DNA of 20,000 nucleotides from Perkinsus olseni (Eukaryota): NCBI GenBank assembly GCA_013115125.1, contig JABANN010000119.1, positions 48,280 to 68,279 of the forward strand, read 5' to 3'. Shown piece by piece: positions 10,528 to 20,000 of this stretch (position 1 is its first letter; each line of letters starts with the position of its first letter). The notes under the pieces were generated by a model. It saw only the letters and a program-made list of their open reading frames with translations, ran no database searches and was not told where the DNA came from. The position numbers and the translations under genes were made by a program.

Positions 10528-10686
10528 GCCTCCTCGTGAGTGAAACGCCGAGAAGGCATTTATAACGGCCTTTGTTGTTAACCTAGGGGTTAGTGCTGTT
10601 CCCTCCCTCCCTACTGGACGTACGCAAGGACGAATGATGATAATTGCAGGGAAACAATAACAATGGTTACGTAATGAACATGATAT

Positions 10687-12126
10687 TCAATAGACTCTAA
10701 CACCTCTATCACGTAGCTTCTTCATCTCATCGTATGCAGCAGTGCTAGCAAGGTCATCCCCGGCTACCTCCAATGACCGCAGCCTCGGGCACGAATCACG
10801 AAGTAGTTTGTAGATCCCCGGTCTGCCTCGCAAAGGCCCTGTGATGGTCAAGTCGCGGAGACCCGCGAGCATACCACCGAGTTCAGTAAATTCAGTGACG
10901 GTTATCTCAACGTCAAGCAACCCGAGAGTGGCAATAGCAATATCGCTGAGAGCTCTCATGGACGTGTGTGACAGCCCCAGAGAGGTACCACAACCGTCAA
11001 TGACAACCTTACGGAGGCTCTTGTAGGTGGCAAGGCTAGCCACAACGTCTTCAACTGCTGCATCGGCTGCACTCCTCTCCCGCCTTGTCATGTTGCCTAG
11101 AACGGGGAAAGCCAGTCGTAGCTCTCGTAGTGTGGTATGGGCGGGTAGCGGTACGAGCTTGTTGGCCTGCCACCTGTCCACAGTGATGTCTAGCTTCTCA
11201 AGGCCGTCACATCGCCGTAATGCTTCCAACATGGCAGTAGTGCATGGCTCGGCGAAGGTAAATCCTATTAGAGTTTCGGTCGAGCTCTCAACTCCGGCGG
11301 TAACGCTAGCGGCGAGGTCAGCGAGGGCCCTCCGGAGTCGATCCGAGATGGCAAGAGTAGTCACCGGCCATCTGTCGTCGCGTATCGTCACTTCTATCAA
11401 CAGGTTACGCCATGCTCTCCCCTTCAACCAGCCCTCATCACCGGGAGCACCGTAGGCCGTACCTCGGATCTCGAGAGAGTCTAGCGTCTCAACCCTCGCT
11501 ACTAGCTCTTTTAGGAAGGCCCAGTTCACGGGGTCGACTCCACCGTATTTGAACCACCGAAGCAGAGGAGGAAAACTGAGACGAGTGTGAGCCACTCGGT
11601 CAGGCAGTTCGAAGAGCTCCAGACTGGTGAGGCTGGGCATGGGTGGCAAAGCCGTTGACACTGCCGACCAGATCAAAGGGTTTGTGACCCCTTCTGAGGC
11701 GCAGGAGAGGCGCTGCACATAGGGAGCGATCAAGGCGATGACGCGCTGGAACTGCAAACACGAGCGAACATCCCCAGGCAGCGCTACAGTTGTCAAAGCA
11801 TAGGCTATTCTCTGTGGCAAATCACGCATCCTGCGGCAGACACATGATAGGTTGAGGATATCCGGCACCAGATGGAGAAAGGAAACTATCATGGCGATGG
11901 TCTCAGCGGGTAGTAGGGCTAGAAGGTCTTCGCTAGCCTTGGGCAATGGCGCCCTTGGAGCAGTTGAAGCCTTCGGCGACCTGGACAGGGAGAGAATCTC
12001 CTTCAACGATGCATCCAACGTGGCGATCGATGGTGACTGCGGACTGCGGAGGCGCTGCATCCTCTTGAAGAAGGAGCCATCACCACCCGACTCTGGCTTC
12101 CTGTACCTCTTGCGTCGAGAAGGCAT
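10687..12126 (-). CDS. F-box/LRR (RNI-like) protein, 479 aa, intronless
   Basis: F-box motif LLALLPAETIAMIVSFLHLVPDILNLSCVCRRMRDL; LxxLxL repeats (LTSLEL, LDSLEI, LEKLDI, LRELRL, CPRLRSLEV); basic NLS-like N-terminus (SRRKRYRK). Confidence 0.85.
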   Translation of the reverse strand: MPSRRKRYRKPESGGDGSFFKRMQRLRSPQSPSIATLDASLKEILSLSRSPKASTAPRAPLPKASEDLLALLPAETIAMIVSFLHLVPDILNLSCVCRRMRDLPQRIAYALTTVALPGDVRSCLQFQRVIALIAPYVQRLSCASEGVTNPLIWSAVSTALPPMPSLTSLELFELPDRVAHTRLSFPPLLRWFKYGGVDPVNWAFLKELVARVETLDSLEIRGTAYGAPGDEGWLKGRAWRNLLIEVTIRDDRWPVTTLAISDRLRRALADLAASVTAGVESSTETLIGFTFAEPCTTAMLEALRRCDGLEKLDITVDRWQANKLVPLPAHTTLRELRLAFPVLGNMTRRERSAADAAVEDVVASLATYKSLRKVVIDGCGTSLGLSHTSMRALSDIAIATLGLLDVEITVTEFTELGGMLAGLRDLTITGPLRGRPGIYKLLRDSCPRLRSLEVAGDDLASTAAYDEMKKLRDRGVRVY

Positions 12127-12309
12127 CGGAGGGAGGGGTGAACTGGATAGCCAAGCTCGCTCTGAAGGTACCCTTGGACAACACCACAGGATTATCCTTT
12201 TGTCCGAGTCGGGCCTGCTAGGCCGTATAATCCACTACACGATATAGAAAAGATAACAGAAAATTGCCGAGGACACCCTTAGGGGTCATCTCGGAGGAGG
12301 AGGGAAGCA

Positions 12310-13479
12310 CTATGAGCTGCGTAGTTGAGGATACTTATCGAAGAAACCGGCAGGAGCCGTGCCCCATAGAGAGATGCTCTTCAAATGGGGCAGCGACTCG
12401 GCCAGCTTCCACCATCCATCCGGGGATACATCGAAGCCTTGTATACATAAAGAGTCCAACTTGGGCAGCTCCATAATGGCCGGGATGAGGACTTCGACGA
12501 ATAAATCTGCGTCGAAGCGGGTTAAGTTGAGGTGGAGTCGACGCAGTTGGCAGCAGTTTTCCAGCCAACCGGCAAAGGCAACAGCACTGTCCGCAGACGA
12601 GGCGCTGCACTGGAGGGTGAAGGACTCGAGGCGACCACCGATGCCATCGAGCTTCACGGCAGACTGCATGAGGGGGCCCGCGCTCGAGAGGGTCAGCTGT
12701 CGGAGCGCTTGAGTGGAGTTGAGGGCATCGAAGAGGGTGTCTATGCTGGCTGAGCTTTGGTGATTGTAGGAGAAGGCGGTCAATGTCGCACGGGAAATGC
12801 TAACAGCATCCACGACATCTTCGTAGATGCATTCGCTGGTGACTGGCTGGAAGCACCACACATCCATGTGGAGGCCTGTGAACTCCTTCTCGAGCCACTT
12901 CGACCGTCCTGCAGGCTTTCCGGGTACACCCGCAATCAACCGAAGTTCTGTGAGGCTCGGGCAAGCCTCCAGAAAAGAAGTGAGGTTTGACCATGACTCT
13001 AGCGGAACCGATTGGTTGTACGTCAGGGAGGTCACCTTGGACAGCACACTGGTGTCGATTCTTCCACGCGGTACTTCGCTCAACTCCAAGATGCGCAGAC
13101 GGGGAACACGGATGCCAGAGAGGGCCATCCAGATGGTCTCAGATGCCTCACCAACATGCAAGAGGGATACCGCCGTTGTGCGAGGACCGACGATGCTCAC
13201 GATGTGATATAGCCAACTGCTGTTGGTGCTCTCGCTTATAGTAAGGCTGATGTTATCGACGAATCTAACCCCTTGGGAAAGGAGAGCTCGGCAGCCTTGA
13301 CCACTATTAGCAATCGTGAGCCAGTCTGTCAAGGGATCGAGGCATGCCAATATTGTACCGACGACTTCACCCGGCAGCATACACCATAGTGAAGGTAACT
13401 CTGATGGAGGGCCATGGGCGATGCTCCATAGAGATAGTTGAGGGTCCCCTGATGGGATGTGGGCTGAGACCGTGGCCAT
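12310..13479 (-). CDS. F-box-like/LRR protein, about 389 aa from the first ATG (MATVSAH), intronless
   Basis: Degenerate F-box LWCMLPGEVVGTILACLDPLTDWLTIA...CRALL; LRRs (LRILEL, CPSLTELRL, LRQLTL, LRRLHL, LPKLDSLCI, LPHLKSISL). Confidence 0.8.
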   Translation of the reverse strand: MATVSAHIPSGDPQLSLWSIAHGPPSELPSLWCMLPGEVVGTILACLDPLTDWLTIANSGQGCRALLSQGVRFVDNISLTISESTNSSWLYHIVSIVGPRTTAVSLLHVGEASETIWMALSGIRVPRLRILELSEVPRGRIDTSVLSKVTSLTYNQSVPLESWSNLTSFLEACPSLTELRLIAGVPGKPAGRSKWLEKEFTGLHMDVWCFQPVTSECIYEDVVDAVSISRATLTAFSYNHQSSASIDTLFDALNSTQALRQLTLSSAGPLMQSAVKLDGIGGRLESFTLQCSASSADSAVAFAGWLENCCQLRRLHLNLTRFDADLFVEVLIPAIMELPKLDSLCIQGFDVSPDGWWKLAESLPHLKSISLWGTAPAGFFDKYPQLRSS

Positions 13480-13835
13480 GCTGGGCAAAGATCTGCGATA
13501 TACGGTCCATGTACTCGGAGGACAACTGGTGAACGCAATAGACGCGGCTGAAGGAAGCAAGCATAGGGAAGGAGAAACAAGCACAATGACAGTAATGTGA
13601 CGATATAGTGGACAGCTGATGGTAAATGTAGTAATGCTATGACGATAACGGCAACAGAGGCCGCGGGATAATGGCGTAGAAGCCTGATTAGTAACTTAGT
13701 ACAGTATAAGCGATTCATCGATTGATAGCAGAGGAAATGTCCAACTTATTCTCGTCAGCTGGCGACTAGAAAGCAAAGGATTCGGTAATTATACACAGAT
13801 CGTGAGTCAAGCCGGCATCAAAGCATCAGCTGGGC

Positions 13836-14701
13836 TCAACGCGTGCTGCTTCGCCTCTTGTTCATCACGGGTTGGCATTGTTGTTGAGATTTACTAGTAG
13901 ACACATTGACGAAGCGCCTCTTCTGCTGCGCACTAGAATCTCGATGGTAAGGTCTATCCAGGCCCCATAAAGAGCGATGGAACGGCTCCCACGAGCACTC
14001 AACTGAACGTCTTGAACGAGTGTCATCTGAGAGAACGGCATCCGGAAGGGTGTTCACTCGGATAAGCTGCTCCTACTTTCCGTGAGATCATCGGCACCGA
14101 TATCGACAGTAGGAGAGGCGAGGCCTAAGGGAGGCAACCGCAAGCCTGTGGTTGGCGTGGATACAGTAGATGCGAGGCTTGTTTCCGCCTCGGTACAAGA
14201 GGAGCTAGCCGAGGGTGAAGAATCGTCCGAAGAAGAGCACATAGATACACAGAAACTCAATGCAAACTGAAGTCGGGCTGTAGCGCACGACTGACCCGTA
14301 CGACGCGTTGGAGCTCCGATCAAGGAGGTTGTCTGATCGCTATCGAAGCAATCGATACCGAGAGACGATGGTGGCACAAAATTCACAGACATTGGTGCCG
14401 TCTCTGGAGCGATCCGAGTAGCTTTCTCCGTTAGCCGTTTTAGCAGTGGTTTCACACTGTGCGTCATCCCATCATAGACCCATAACAAGCCTTAGATGAC
14501 CTCAATGGCCTCATTGAACGGCTCTGTTAGTATTCTTGTAGGTCTTCACCGCGGTGAACTCGCTACCCCTGGCGCCTCGTCTAGTGCCGAGGGTCGTCGC
14601 TTCAGCAGCTTGCATAGCCAGTCAGTCGGGGCGGCCGCTGCATAGCCAGTCAGGTAAGAAGGCTCTCGCATCGCCGGAACATAGTCTACGAACGAGTTCA
14701 T
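13836..14701 (-). CDS. Hypothetical Ser-rich multi-exon protein; 5' exons uncertain
   Basis: ORFs 14054-14488 and 13836-14057 join in frame through a roughly 50-bp phase-1 intron (GTAGGA...TCTCAG); no domain recognised. Confidence 0.4.
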
Positions 14702-15169
14702 TTCGGTAACTTTTCTGTTTTGGAAACGCTATCGTACGCCGGCACAGGGAGCAAGATACGATTTTTCGAAAAATCGAAATCTGTCGCAATTTGGTGGCGG
14801 AGCGATGCATGACTCTGAAACATTCTCGCGTAGAGTTCCCCTAGCAGATGACTTTGTTCGTTATGGTGGCAACCGTCCTGGTCAATTGTACTCAGGATGG
14901 TGGAATTTTGCGAAGTTAATCAGCTGACGAAGGGAAGGACATAAGTGAGGAGGGGGAGGGAGGTGTTTAGAGTGAGAGAGCACAGGAGTCTTATCAAAGA
15001 CAAAACCAGTATCACATCGTGCCCGGGGATGCAGCAACGAGAAGCCAGCGCGGGATAGGATGAATTAGGTAAGGTGCGGTATAGCGGGAGCGGCGAGGTC
15101 GATGGGTGCCTCTCTGGTTGTGGTACGGAAGGTTCGATTTCCCATCTCCCGCTGTGTTGAGTCGTAGTC

Positions 15170-17776
15170 ATGGGCTCGTGGGCATCACCATCACCATCCA
15201 CTGCTGCTGCCTTGGCTAGGAGCTGCCCTATGCGGCCCCCGACTGATTTTGGTTATGATGATAATCGCCTGCTGGACGCCACCGGCCGCCCCAGAATGGA
15301 TAGCTTCCAGCCTCCAGACTCACGTCGGTCTATGAGGGACGTTAATCGTAGCGGCTTGGTAGCCGGGTTTGCCAACCGTGGCCAGCGTCCTCCCAAGCCC
15401 ACTACAAGGCCCCCTCCGATCGCAGAGGGGCCGGCCCCGAGGCCCTTCGATCACTCGGATGGCTATCAACAGCGCAGGTATCCGACGGAAGATCGTCCGG
15501 GCTACTCCGCTGCTTGGGAGCGACGCGATAATGCTGTGAGTGAACGGTATGAGGCCGAGCAAAGGTACTCCGGTACTCGGCAAGATGCGATGCCTTATCG
15601 GGAAACCTCGGCGGGGTCATCTGCCGGGTGGTCGAGGCAGGATGCTGACTTCTATTACCGCCATCACCGGCCTGAAGACCAGCGCGATGTCTATGGCGCT
15701 CGAGAAGCCCTAGCCCCACCGAGCACTCAGTACTACTATGACCCACCACCTCACTCGATACCTCAAGGACAATATCGGCAGCCTCCGTCCGAGGGCTTTG
15801 CTACACTGGCTCGAGGGTATCCAGAGCAGCCCGTGGGCGACTACCCACCAACTGCGTACCCCCCGCCGCCTACAACAGGCTCGTCATCATCAGGCTCTCA
15901 TCGTCCTCCTCTGCACCCACAGCAGCAGCAACCCTACTCGGACATCGGCGGTTATGCAGTCGGCAACGGTTCGATGGGGAGAGATGATCGTCCTCGTGAC
16001 CAGTATCGTCATCAATACGAGTCTACTATACCAATACGGCAGAACCTCAATTCCGAACAGGGGGCTGCAAGGCCGTCTCCGGTTGGCTCCTCCCCGGTGC
16101 CTCGGGAGGGCTATGGGTTGAGGGCGGCCTCAGACTCGCGTGAAGGGTACGACTACTCACGACCAGCAGAGGGCGACCGTGCTGCCACCCGAGAGAAGGG
16201 TGTCTTGTCGCCTCCGAGTACCCAGGCTAGGTCGCCCCAGGAGCTCCCACCGGATTTCGAGCCAGAAGCGGACGTTCCGTGCCAAGCTGATCTGGACTCG
16301 GTCAGGCACAGAGCAGGGGCTGCTCCGGTGCTGCCTGTGCCGCGGAGGGTAGTGAGGGAACTGCCTGAGGAAAAGAAGCCAGTTGACGTGCAGCTGGGGC
16401 CGAGTCGCTTGGAGACCATACCAGAGAGGTCGCAGCAGCCGGAACGCGCGACAGAGGTCGAGAGGGATGAGGAGGAGGAGATGCCCGCCTTCGGGCTGAA
16501 GGCGCCGGTGTGGCCTGAAGGGTACCATCCCCCGTCGAAGAAGATACCGAGTGGTACCGTAACCTGCGTTTACACATGGCCTCGCATGAAGCTAGGGAGG
16601 GCTGTCGCTCAGTGGGTGTTGAATACTACAATCCCATGCAGGCAATGGTGGGATCCCTTCGTTCTATCTCAGGTTTCTTGGCTTCACAAGGCAGCTTTTG
16701 CCGTGTGATGGTGAGTACTCGCGTCTGCCCTGTTCGGGGTGGATGTGGAAATCTCGAGCTCTCGAGCCGGTGGGCATCGCGATCGTGCCAGTGCAAGCCT
16801 CGGACAGCGACAGAGAACAGGACACGTGAGCCATGCCATGCTGCCTTGGTGGGCATCCTGACTGACTCATTCAGATACGTGGACTACTGGGGCCAAAGGA
16901 TGGTAGTGAAGGTCGCTGTGTTAAAGGCTGAGAAGGTTGATAAGGAGTGGGTCGCTGCCCTGGAGAAGTCTAGGGTGAGTACATCCTCCGCATTCTAGCT
17001 CACGTACTCGTGCGGCCCTGTTATTGCATAGCCTCACAGCGGAGTAGTGGAGGCGCTTCGGGCAAAATACGATCAACTTGCATTCAGAACTGTCGTACTC
17101 TGGCCGATGAAAAGATCCAGGAGATGGAGCTGGCAATCCCTGCCCACATCGAGCTCGTCCAGAAGGGCCTTTTCAGAGGAGAGGACGGGTAGGAGTGGTA
17201 GTAAACGATGTGGCTCGTCATCTCCCCTCCGTTCTCAGGTCCCAGGTCCGAGGCGACACTGTCAACTTCCCCCTGTTTAACGATTTTCTTGCCCATCTCG
17301 AACGCTTTGGCAGAGGTGGACGAATCAAAGATCCTTTTCGGGATTCGCGGCCCGTAGAGGATCGCCAGGACCGCTATGCTAACAATAGGCCCGCTGTCTT
17401 GACGCGCTCTGATAATGCCGCAGAGACGGCGTTGTTTGAGGAACGAGCGAGGCTGTGGGATGCCCTCTCCAAGTGTAGCATTGACGAAAGTAACTACGAG
17501 AGGTTCTCCTGTATCCTTTGCAAGAATGGATGCCAGGGCCTGGGGCAGCTAGTAGAGCATGTGACCTCGAGGGCCCACACGAGCACGGCGGTGTTGTTCC
17601 AGAATCGTGACGCTGTGATGACTTTGCCGATCATTGGGACGAAGGACAGGGTTGTTAAGTTTGATGTGAAGGACTTGAGACACTGGGTGGAGAGCGCTCC
17701 CGGGACTGGGGACGCGACACCTGTCCCTGCTCAAGAGGGGAAGGAGACAAGTACGATGACGGGCGCTACGCAGTGA
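15170..17776 (+). CDS. Protein with a long P/Y/R/D/G-rich disordered N-terminus and a C-terminal matrin/U1-type C2H2 zinc finger; multi-exon
   Basis: A 512-codon low-complexity ORF is followed by short exons. The last exon has C-x2-C-x12-H-x5-H (CILCKNGCQGLGQLVEHVTSRAH, 17510-17578). Joining these into one gene is an inference. Confidence 0.65.
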
Positions 17777-18009
17777 TGGTGGTGGCGATGATTTTGGCGA
17801 TGCATTCAATTTGATGAAGAGGTTGATTGATACGGCCTAGTGAGCCAAGTCGAGTTTCATAACAGTCTATGTCTCTGTCCACCGTAACGGAAGCTTTGTG
17901 TTGTGATAGTCATCACTGGATGGTGCTAGATGCCGTATTAAGACTAACAACCACCTTCTGGAGGCCACAGGCTTACCGCCTTTTCTTCAACAATGGCCCA
18001 GTCGGCCTA

Positions 18010-19147
18010 ATGACAACGATGAGTCGCCCTTCGGGAAGTTCTACTCGACCTCCACAACGGTCCTCCTTTGGTCGTTGTCAGGCACTTGTATCTCCAAGCC
18101 CTGCGCCGTGAGGTTGAGCAACGGGAGGAGAGTGCGAGCTGGTCCTCGCATCATTTGATAGAAGTCGGGGTAGGTCATCTTCGAGTGAGCATCACCCGAG
18201 CAGTCTGGCGGTGTCATCCCCATATTGACAGAACATCGCCCTGCTCTTGCTCTCTTGTGATCTCCTCGCTTCCTCGAGCGTTCCTTCTTTCCCTACCATC
18301 CGGCGCCCGAATTCCGTTTCCTCTTTATAGCTGCCAGTAACAGCGACATCCCATGCGGCCTCTCGCGGGATACATCCTTCCAGTGGCGCTGCTCGCTGTC
18401 TTTTGCCGCACAACTCAGGCAACCCTTTCAATGAGGGGCCCGGGGGGCCCGTCCGACCCGCCTCGACAGCGCTATCCTAAGGTGCGCTCGATGCGCCACC
18501 CCCCGCAGGGTAGGCTTCTATTTATCAGGCGAAAGCACCGGTGGACCTACGCAAGGCGGCCATCATGAATAGAGTCGTGCGCTCTAATCAACCCTATTAT
18601 GTGGGTGGGGGATGCTGGCGGAGGGGGCCGTTGATGCAAGCGTCGGGAAGGGTATTATCGGCAATCTTTCTTGCGCTCTTGAATGGGACACCAGTGTTGA
18701 CTGTCTTCTTCATAACCCCTATACTAGAAAGAGGGTCGCAGGTTCGAGTCCAAGTAGGGGTAGTTGAGAGAAGGTTGCTGTCGTCTTTCGAGAAACTGTT
18801 GACCTGTATAAAATGCGGCCGTAAGGAACACTCGGGCAAGCCCCCCTCTATTTTGGAAGGCTACCCCGTGGCCAACCTTGTGCATCCGTCTTTGCGCACT
18901 GTGTTTTATTCAGGAGGCCGAATCTGAATCTGAATCTGAATCTGAATCTGAATCTGAATCTGAATCTGAATCTGAATCTGAATCTGAATCTGATGAAGAT
19001 GACGAAGAAATCGTTGATGCAAGCCTCGATGAGGATGACGATGACGATGAGGAAGAAGACATCGGTGATAGCGCCAGCGATAGCGACGATGAAGAATTGA
19101 TACCCATGCCCCAATGGGTCGAGGAAAATCTGAGTGCTTACGTGTAA
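18010..19147 (+). CDS. Hypothetical multi-exon protein with a highly acidic C-terminal tail; start uncertain
   Basis: Acceptor TTTTATTCAG at about 18913 opens an exon reading EA(ES)12DEDDEEIVDASLDEDDDDDEEED...SAYV*; upstream exons are unresolved. Confidence 0.45.
18920..18991 (+). repeat. Perfect hexanucleotide microsatellite (GAATCT)12
   Basis: Twelve uninterrupted units read directly; encodes (Glu-Ser)12 in the acidic frame. Confidence 0.97.
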
Positions 19148-19663
19148 ATGAAGACCGCCTGTTAGTGCAACTGAGGACTGTCACCTTTGGCTGACTCTAT
19201 GCTAGGACAGTCTTTGCCTCGTGGCTCTATCAGCATGACAGTATGGTCGCAATCTTCTTTTAAGGTTGTAAAACTATCAACTCATTGAGAGTTCCTTCTT
19301 ACCTAGTATTCACGAGTTCGAAAAGTCGTCTGAGGTCTGAGTAGAGGCTCGAGCCGATTCTTATGAGTTACTCTTGCTCACTTCGATGGCCCACATGGTG
19401 TGGACGTTTGCTTCATCCCGACTTCATTTACATCCTCACTCTTGTTGTTGTTCTCGCCCGACGAGTTGCGTTGACCAGTGAGTTTAAGGGGTATGTTGTG
19501 GCGCGTTGGCTGAGGAGAAACGTGCGGTGAGACTCGCTATCCATGCAGTGTCCGCCCTGCTTACCCTTCCTAAAGGTACTCCGTTCTAAATGGACGGCGT
19601 TCTTCTCGTATTTGCTGTGCATACGATACTGACTCCTCATTGTTCTTGGGTTTCGAAGTTGGT

Positions 19664-20000
19664 TAATTGGCCATTAGATGCATGAGACGGGCCATGTGGG
19701 CGGTTGTTGTCGCAGATCTCAGACCTTCCCTGCGCCTCCTGCCGAGGGACCGCGAAACAGCACGGTGCACTCTGAGAACAGGACCATCCTTCGACGTTGT
19801 CATTCAGTTGGGCGGCGATGATGGTGTCCTCGGACGCTACCACCAAGGTGGGCAGACCTGGAAAGGTTGTCTCAGTCGTGGTGGCGCGAGTAGATTGATC
19901 ATAACTTGCTACCTTGATGATCTCCTCCTGTGTCGATCACCCCCTGAGGGAGATCGAGGTGGGCGAGCGCTCCTTACTTGTCTGTGACCGTCACAACCGT
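19664..20000 (-). CDS. Probable 3' exons of a gene extending beyond the window
   Basis: Short GT-AG-bounded segments with coding-like frames (LVVASEDTIIAAQLNDNVEG); product unknown. Confidence 0.3.

Noticed and set aside
14611-14653. 15-bp direct repeat TGCATAGCCAGTCAG (14611-14625, 14639-14653)
   Set aside because: Only two copies with a 13-bp spacer; consistent with a small local duplication.
18848-19184. Minus-strand ORFs with (FR)n, (QI)n and (SD)n repeats
   Set aside because: Antisense translations of the GAATCT microsatellite; the + strand acidic frame has a clear splice acceptor and is more plausible.

Overview
Compact eukaryotic genomic DNA with many very short (~40-60 bp) spliceosomal introns; the architecture suggests a protist such as a Perkinsus-like alveolate (inference only). 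In order, the window holds: a multi-exon kinesin-3-type motor with FHA domain (+); an Aa_trans/SLC38-like amino acid transporter (-); a small 3-exon gene (-, 8138-8557) whose spliced 110-aa product has the His/Cys layout of the RAG1 N-terminal/Chapaev 'Chapa' zinc domain, with no transposase attached; a hypothetical gene interrupted by a MITE; two tandem intronless F-box/LRR genes; a matrin/U1-type zinc-finger gene; and several weakly supported hypothetical genes. Three non-autonomous DNA transposon insertions have resolvable ends: two identical, oppositely oriented 263-bp hAT-type MITEs with their own 8-bp TSDs (one intronic, one exonic and possibly spliceable), and a 631-bp Harbinger-like element in a CCAGG site. 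Exon models were built by eye and no database search was run.
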